DNA of 64,000 nucleotides from Camelus ferus (taxonomy: Eukaryota). A model generated the notes under the pieces. That model was given only the letters and a program-made list of their open reading frames with translations. It was not told the DNA's origin and did not search any database. This document shows, piece by piece, positions 55,912 through 64,000 of the stretch. The stretch is from NCBI RefSeq assembly GCF_009834535.1, contig NC_045697.1, positions 103,790,001-103,854,000 of the forward strand, read 5' to 3'. Position numbers and translations under genes: made by a program. The stretch's first letter is position 1. Each line of letters opens with the position of its first letter.

Positions 55912-57698
55912 TCTCCTTGTGTTTTGTCTTTCTTCCTGTTCTTAAAAAGGAGAACAGTGATCCTCAACATTAATATTTGTGGAATGGACTTAGGATAGGA
56001 GAAAAGGCTCAGGCTTTTTCATGATAAACATAAAATGATGGCATGACATCTAGTGACTTTCTAGGATCTTTGCACAGAGAACATATACAGTTTTTCTGAT
56101 TTTAAAAAGATAGACATAGAAACATCAAAATGTTAACACCCTCTCTGAAGTCACATAACAGATATGAAAAGAATGTCAAAATCTCCAAACGTGAAATTCA
56201 AAATTCTCAAAACAAGCACAATATTTTTGAGATATTACTTGGTGTATTTGTTCGTGTGTCAGCAACCAGGAGTGAAATCACTGGCGATTTTTTAGGTTGT
56301 GTTTTTCTTCTGTGAATTTTTAAATAGATGCCTCATTGCAGGTTTAGATCAGGGAGGTAAGGGACCTAAGGAGACCCACGGTGGAGCGCAAAGAACGAGG
56401 CTGTAAGCAAGCAAGTGCACCCGCAGCTGCCATGGCTGGACGTGTTGAGAAGCTGCTTTGTTTCAGTGGTTGCCATCCTCCTCCTGTGCTTCTGGCTGAA
56501 GTTCCTGTGTTTCCATTGCTGAGTCTGTGAACCTTTATACTTCGCTACCGTAGAGCCGGGCCCCACTTGCAGAGCTGCCTAGAGTCTCTCCCAGGATTGC
56601 GCTCTTCAAGCCTGATTCTCTTTCCAGTTCTCTCTATTGCACTGGCTGGCTTGGCCCTCTGTCAGCTCACAAAGCTTCACCGCTGCCAGGCCATCACCCC
56701 CTGACCCAGGATGCTAACTGAGTGTGTGATCTCTGGTAGCCCCAGGCCACCTCTTGGGTGATAGTGCCTGGTGACAGTGTTAGAACAACCCCCAGTGTAT
56801 CGTAAGTAGGTAACATACAGTGTTTGCATACACATAGCTCCAAATGTGCTCCAGGACGCAGCCTCTTTTTCAGACTGTGGCCACCTGAGGGGTGAGGGGT
56901 TTGCTCCTGTCTCTGATCAAGTTTCAGAGTAATCCTGATGGCATAGCTTTAATGTGCCCCTATTGTTAATCACAAGAGCAGACTTGGACCCTACTACAGT
57001 TCAATAGCCTCAAGATGTCTCTAATTTTTGTTTTTGTGAGATAGACAGCAATGCTCTTGGAGGTTCTGAAACTAAGGCTCGCTTCCAAATGTTCTTGGAT
57101 CACAAAGAGCACAGAGCCAGGCCATTGCCCTTCGATGCTGCCAAATAGCAGAGCAGGATGAACCGCACACAGTGACCCACGTGAACATTGAGCCTTATGT
57201 GCAGTAAGGACCCAGAAAGACGATCAGCCTGCTGCTACCTGGCAGAGTGCACTTCAATTTCAAGCTGATGTGTTTACTTTCTGGGGTTGAAATTGTTGTC
57301 AGCAATTTTTATTTTAAATAGAAGTTGCAGTCACTGGTCTTTTAGAATATGTCATATTTACAAAGGTGCATTTTGTAAGAAGATCCTAAAGTGCTGTATG
57401 AATATCATTTCATTTATCCTTATGACACCTCTGCGAGAGAAAATAGCCCATATGGCTTTCCCCATCATCACCAGACTCAGTATTCAAATGAAAGCACACA
57501 AAGGCTTTCTACAGACCAGAATAGAACTCACACTGAACCCGGGAGTAGGCCTGTTAGGTTTGTATGTGAATATTCAGGCTCTCGCAAACGACTGGGGGCG
57601 TAATTCTATTGACCCAAGAAAATAACACTTTCTTAAGGGCAGAAGAAAGGAGTATGGAAAGAGAAGGCTATAAAATGAGCCCATTGTGTAGAAGACCC

Positions 57699-57824
57699 TT
57701 TTTTTTCCCCTTCATGGAGGGAGGTAATTAGGTATATTTGTCTTCAGAGGAGGTGCTGGGGACTGAACCCAGGCCCTCGTGCATGCTAAGCATGCGCTCT
57801 ACCACTTGAGCTATACCCTCCCCC
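57699..57824 (-). mobile_element. tRNA-derived SINE (Vic-1-like)
   Basis: CTGGGGACTGAACCCAGG...CATGCTAAGCATGCGCTCTACCACTTGAGCTATACCCTCCCC. Confidence 0.88.
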
Positions 57825-58574
57825 TGACTCTTCCTTTTTGATTTCTTCTTTCTCTGGTTCTCCAGTTACAGTTATTATTATCACTATAGAGAAGGAATGA
57901 GGGGAGGCATGGAGCCACCTGGACCATGAGCCCATGAAATGTTAGTTCTGTTATTTGAAATACTCACCTGTCTCCTGATCAGAGACCAACTGATTTTTAT
58001 CCTGTAGCACTTCCAAGGGATGAGGATAACCCAGTAAGCATATCCTGAGAACCTTTTCTTTCCAAGGATTAAGGCAGTTTGATTTGACTGTTTAAATTAT
58101 TTAGGAGAGCTCTTCATAATATACATAATATACAATTGACAAAAATGTTGGGAGGGGTGATGATAATAGAAGTGTATCTCTTTCACCAAGAAATAAGGGA
58201 AGGAGCATTTATTGAGTATTACCTACGCTGTACCAAGAGCTCTTTCAGAGGGGCTCATCTATGCACTGAATTTTGGGAGTTATTGTTACCATGCTACCTT
58301 CCAAGAAACCAGAGGTCAGAAGAAACAAGCCACTTATTCAAGGTCACACAGCTTGTGAAAGTAAGCTAGAGTCTGGATTCAACCCAGACCTTTTTAAATC
58401 TTAAACTCCAGGTAAGAGCTGCTTGGGGATTGCCTTTCTGTGCTAATGTGAAGTTACTCAAGAATATAGCAAGAATTCTTTTACCAAAAGTCAGTTGTAT
58501 TTGTTCCCAAACCAGTTTTGCACTTGGTATTTAAATTATATCATTTAATTAAATACTACCTGGGCTAATAATAT

Positions 58575-58910
58575 ATGAGTACAAAAGAAAGAAGTTTATT
58601 GTTTCTATGAAGACTAACTAGAATGCTTTGGAAACATTGCTTAAAAATTGCTGTCATGTATATGTGGGTGGGGCGCCAGCAAAATATTGGGAAAAATTAA
58701 TACAAATTTAGCATTCTATATTGAGACTGCATCACAATTCTTATTGTACCTAAAAGAAATGGAAACGGAAAATTGTAGATGATGCATATAGCTGTGGTTA
58801 TTTAAGAAAGATGATACAAAAATAAGAGAAAGAAACCTTTAAAAAACCTAAAAAAAAAAAGATGATACAAAAATCAAAGAAAAAGCCTTAGCCCTGCATC
58901 AAATGATTGA
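58575..58910 (+). mobile_element. TcMar-Tigger transposase N-terminal remnant
   Basis: ATGAGTACAAAAGAAAG..GTTTCTATGAAGACTAACTAGAATGCTTTGGAAA, ATTGTAGATGATGCA, AAAGAAAAAGCCTTAGCCCTGCATCAA resemble CENP-B/HTH Tigger coding sequence. Confidence 0.55.
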
Positions 58911-59123
58911 AAAAAATACATTGACATTTATATTTTTCGTATAAATATGTATATACACACATATATGTACATACAGCTATGTTATATATATATAAGGTGT
59001 ATATAAACTTAAACTTTGAAGAAGGTAGTTAATTCCAACTATCGGAGGGAAGGGGAGGGGATTGCCAGGAACCGGGCCCTGCCCACTCTTTGGCCCTTTA
59101 TGGTCAGCCTGGGAGTGCTGTCT

Positions 59124-59744
59124 TGAAACTGAGCAAGACCCTGTGGGGCCCTTCGGGGCACAAAAGTCTTTTTGTGCTTTTGTCCACCCTCCTCCCTGGC
59201 CCTTTCTTTTTGTAGGAAAAATATTTTCAACCTCGCAGACCTTCCCTGAGTTCCAAAGGGCTGATTCAAACAGTTGCTAATTTGAGGCTTGAGGGTATGC
59301 AGAAATGCTGTCAAGAAACAATAGTGCGTGGATGGGGCGAGGTCCTGCTTCCTCCTCAAATAATATACATAACAATCTGATACAAATCTCTGAGTTCTTC
59401 TACAGAAGCCGAGGTCCCCACCCGGGTGGAGGATGGTAACTCCAGGCTGAGCACAAGCGAGGGGACCCCGGATTGATTAGAACCAGAACGATGATTCCTG
59501 GAACACCACCCTGTTACCTCACTACTGAGCCATCAGAGGAAGGTAACACACCCTGCAGCCCTCCCCTGCAAATATTGCCTATAGAACTCTTCCCCCAAAA
59601 CCATAGGGAAGATCCGGGACTTTGAGCCCAAGCTGCCAGTATTCCTTGCCTGGCTCATGCAATAAAGGCCTCTCTGCTCCAAACTCTGACGTTTTTGTTT
59701 CTTCGGCCTCACTACTTGGGGCACACGAACTTGGTTTTGGCAAC
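59124..59744 (+). mobile_element. ERV1-type solo LTR
   Basis: TG start, CCTATAGAAC TATA-like element, AATAAA ~59661, U5-like end GCACACGAACTTGGTTTTGGCAAC. Confidence 0.7.
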
Positions 59745-60029
59745 CCTGTATTCAGGATCTGTTCCTGTTTTTATACATGTGGTTTATCGTCTCTCCTCCC
59801 AGTAGCTTTGTGCTTCTGCACAATTTCGACTCATTCTTCAGGATTCACTTTAAGTGTCTCCTCATCTAGGAAGTGCTGCTGACACCCCTGGGACAGAGAG
59901 GTCTGCCCCCATCGTGTCTTCAGCCCCCACACACCTAGCCTCTGATATGGGGAATGCCCTGTGCCAAGAAGCCAAGGAGAACTTGCCAACCATAGATGGA
60001 GAAAATCAAAGGTCTCTGTGCCCTGGGAA

Positions 60030-60551
60030 ATAAACAGGAAAAAAGTGTTCTGTGCAAGGGGATGTCTGTGTCCCAGGTCTTGGTTGATTCCCTGGGATGT
60101 GCCCCACCAAGTGAGAGTCCTTGGCTTCATGCAGGAAAGATTCAAGAGTAAAAGTAGATTTATTTAGAGAGATGGACCGGGGAGGGGGTGTAGATACACA
60201 TTCCACAGACAGAGTGTAGACCGTCCGGGAAGGCAAGAGAGAGAACAACCGTGAGGGAGGTGCAGTGCTGCTAGTTTTCATATACTAATAAGTGAGAGAA
60301 CTATTCCAACTACTTTAGAGAAGGGGCGAGGATCCGCAGGAGTTGGGCCACTGCCCTACTGCCCGTGGGTATGCCATTCACCATGCTCATACATTACAAT
60401 CTTTATAATGAAGCTCGAGGTCCACTGGAGAGCAGATCTCCCACCATCTTGGGCTGCCAGGTCTATGAGGAGTTGACTTTCCTGCCATCTTGGTGCTAAT
60501 TGCTGTGTCGTTTCTTTAGTAGCTGTGTCCTGCCCCTTCCCTTCTATCTCA
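60030..60551 (-). mobile_element. ERV1-type LTR, same family as 17637-18284
   Basis: Shared ACACAGCAATTAGCACCAAGATGGCAG and CTCTTGAA..TTTCCTGC..GAAGCCAA motifs; 3' boundary uncertain. Confidence 0.8.
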
Positions 60552-61354
60552 GGGGGATCAGATGTGCCGGACCAGTGTCTAAGCACCTGTGGACTCTAGG
60601 AGAGCCCTTGTTAAGTAAAGTACGAAAAGGCCCAGCTGTGGGACCCGTCCTCGCTGCCTGAGTGTCCCCTGGGGAGGATTACCCCATAAATGCCAAGAAT
60701 CAGTTTGAATCTTGCGCTTTGTATAAAAATCTTCTCTTTATCTACATTGAATGTCACCTTATTTTTTATATTTGTATTCACCTGTCCAGTTAAATTATCA
60801 AGGGGAAATACCAAAAGAATTACAATTTCCCAGCAGCTTAACCTTGCCTTTTGGTTTTCTATAAGAACTGTAAATTCTATCTGGCAGTGAAGTGAATTCT
60901 TGAGTTTTCCTTATTCTTAGACCATCTCTAAGGTCGATGTAGACTTAAAATTGGTTATTCTTAGTGTCTGGCATTGATTTCCTGAAGGTGGAGCATATTT
61001 GGAAATTATCACTAAATTTAATTTTTCTTATTCTAAAACTATTTAATACATATCAGGTGTTGTTAAGAGTCTCCATTTTTATATTTTTTAAGTTGTACCA
61101 AGTAAAAATTATACATATAATTTATGTATAATTATATGTAGCACTTTACAGTGACAGTAACCACATGAATTCATTTGCATCTCATAATAACACAGACAGA
61201 GCAGGTATCATTGTCCCCATTTTACTACTAAGGAAACTCAGAGTGGTTTGAGGACTCTGCCCAGGGTTAGCCTTGGGTTCAAAAACAAACAAATCAAGTT
61301 ATCAGATTCCTGAGAAGAGCTTGTGCGTGGGCAGTTGCAAACATTCTTTTTCCT

Positions 61355-61830
61355 GAGAAAGGAATGTAAGGGTTGTGCGAAATAAATTCATACTTTACAG
61401 CAGGACAAAAAGTTAAACATATAAAATTCTTCTCTGCCCTTTGACCTCCTCTCCCCCACTGTGCAGTGTGTATCTGCATTATGCATGGACCAAACCTCCC
61501 CCCTGGCAGGAACACCTGCTCAGCCATAAGGAACAACATTCTAGTGCCAACAGCACAACTCCTTAAAGGGTAACATTCCTTCTTGATCTTGTACGGAGTC
61601 ACATGACCCACCAGGATGATGCTTAGATCTGGATTGTGAAAACTGTCACTAGTACGTCATTTGATGTACAGCCCTCTGTCTCAAAAAACTTATAAAACTG
61701 TGCCTTGATTTCTACCCAGTGGCACAGTTCTCAGAGCTTTCTGAGATGCTCTTCCTGGGTTATAATCTTCAAATTTGGCTCAGATAAAAATTTCCACTTC
61801 TTTCTTAGACTGACTGATTAGTTAATATTT
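61355..61830 (+). mobile_element. ERV1-type LTR
   Basis: CTTATAAAACTGTG TATA-like box, AGTTCTCAGAGCTTTCTGAGATGCT R-region motif; boundaries approximate. Confidence 0.6.
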
Positions 61831-62671
61831 TAAGCTTGGTAAAACCATTTTTCAGGTGTTACAAATCTATCGGTACTACCAAGGAATAGAGAAAATGGGT
61901 TTAAATATGCTTTATCATGACCTTATATATAAGAACATTGGTTTTATTAAATAGGCATTTCTATCATTAGCTTAACAATGATAGAAATGTCCATTTTACT
62001 TCTTCAGCTGTCGAGGACAACTCAAGTACAGAATTAAATATTTACCAAAAAAATGAAATGTCAAAGATTTTGTCTGATTCCTATTATTCTTAAGGAGCAT
62101 ACCTACTTTTTTAAAGTGCCATAGAGGAAACTAAGACAGTGTTTACATTTGGTACTATTTTTATGGCAACCAGTGAAACTAGGTGGAAAAAAAAGAACCT
62201 AAGATTTTAGTGACTAAAAAGTAAGTTCCAGGGAAGACAGAATTTTGTCTCTTTGTTCCCTGGCACATCCCAAAGGCCTTGAACAGGCCTGGAATGTAGT
62301 ACATGCTCAATAAATATTTGTTGAATGAATAAATGAACAAACAAAGGGAACAGACAAAGAAATTGAGACTCAAGACCTAACATTATTGGAGAAGTGAAAC
62401 GAATTTATTTATTCATCAGATGTTGACTGAGCACCTAAGAAATTCTAGAGAAATTCAGAGGCTTTAGTGGTTCCCAACTAGAACCACTGGATCCAGGCTG
62501 CTGCCCCAGGCGGAAGTAGTCTAAACCAGGCTTGGTGACTTAGGGACGTGTCCCAGAGGAGCTGCCCTTTGGGAGAGCAAGCCATGCAGAGAGTATGACT
62601 TACCTGCGGTTGCAGGGTTAAAATTAGATAATGTGTAGAAAGCACTTATCTCAGTGATCAGCAAATGGTAG

Positions 62672-62867
62672 TGATGAGGTTCAGGACACAACACTCCAAA
62701 ATGTGGCACCTGCCCATATTGAATATTCCAAGTTTAAGGAATATGAGAAATGACAGGTAAAGTAAGGACTTTCTGACCTTCCCTTCAGGCAAGTCACAAA
62801 ACCGCCATATGAGAGGAACATCCTTACCTGCAAAGACAGAGGGACATGAAGAGATGCCCTCCCCCTG

Positions 62868-62901
<34 letters not shown>

Positions 62902-63117
62902 TCTTATCACATTTTCCCACTCCTCTCCTCTCTTCATCAAAACTAGCATAACAATGCTCAGGTTTAACTGCTTCTTTGGGTCTTTTTTCCTTATGAAGTC
63001 TCCAGTGTTCTGTAAAACTTGCATTTCTGTGCTTTTCTCTAGTTTATCTTTTGTGACAGGGACCCTCAGTTGAGAACTTAGAAGGGCAGAGGGGAAAAAT
63101 ACTTTTCCTCCTTTACA
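62672..63117 (+). mobile_element. MER34-like ERV1 solo LTR
   Basis: TGATGAGGTTCAGGACAC...CCTCCTTTACA with an exact 4-bp TSD GTAG at 62668-62671 and 63118-63121; internal T32 run. Confidence 0.82.
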
Positions 63118-64000
63118 GTAGACATTATTGTTATTTCTGTAAATGGCAACTAAGATACTCATTTCACCATATTCAAAACCCAGAAAAGCCCATGGTGCTG
63201 TGACGCATGTATATCTCTAGATGGCTTTCGCGGGGTTTTGGAAACCTTGGACTTGTGTGCTCCAAGTCCCTGGAAGGAACGAGGATTTAACTCCTGCCCC
63301 AGAAGGACCACGTTCTGCTATACATTCTGACTTTCCATATCAAACCCCAACATTTCAAAGACTGAATATCCCATTTTGGCAGATATTCTAGTTGGTTTTA
63401 AGGACCCTTGAACAGGAGTAGAGCTTGCAAATGGCCTACTCTTTGAGCTTGGACCAGAACATATCAGCGTAATATAAATCCTTTATGCAATTAAGAAAAT
63501 CTGCCAAATCAGAAATTTTTTTTCTGGTTGTCTGGAGCATATATCAAGTCTTATATCTGAGAGCATAATATTAATCTTTGGCTTTTCAAAAGTCTGTTTA
63601 TATATCCTGTATTTTGCAGATTTTAGATGTTTTTTCTTAAACTGAACATTAAAATTGCTGTTTTACAGGTGATTCTTTAAATTTTCTTTTTCAATCTCAT
63701 TTTACAAGTAAAATATGCTATACTGTAGTCCACCAGAGGAAAAAAATTAAGGAAGAAACTAAAAATCACCTAAGATAACCACTACCAAAACTTTAGTAAC
63801 CATTCTTTAATATATCTCTTCAGATTAATATATGCAGACTTACATATAAAATTTTGAACAAATAGTATCATAATATACATGTATTTTATTGAGAATACAC
63901 TTCAAAACATTTTGTTAATTGTTTACGTCCTTCCTCTCCCTTTCTTACCCATCCCTTTTCACCACTACTATAAAAAATGGTGGAAAATTGTTTTTCTCAC

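Overview
Mammalian genomic DNA, most likely camelid (inferred from several copies of a short tRNA-derived Vic-1-like SINE). The window holds the 5' end of SLC10A7 on the minus strand: a CpG-island promoter (~40.15-41.4 kb) and coding exons 1-4 (100+83+137+76 nt = 132 codons, all GT-AG, phases consistent). Intron 4 runs off the left edge. Within the introns are an RPL17 processed pseudogene, a degraded RTE-clade LINE endonuclease fragment, a solo ERV1-type LTR, L1/L2/MIR/MLT/MER elements and microsatellites. The right ~22 kb is repeat-rich intergenic DNA with an MLT1 cluster and an ERV1-LTR cluster. No new multi-gene system is evident. The best leads are two tandem uORFs in the SLC10A7 leader (the second stops 5 nt before the main ATG), a possible poison exon in intron 2, a tailless TSD-flanked insertion and a short L1 3' transduction. 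Repeat family names come from recalled consensus sequences, not from a database search.
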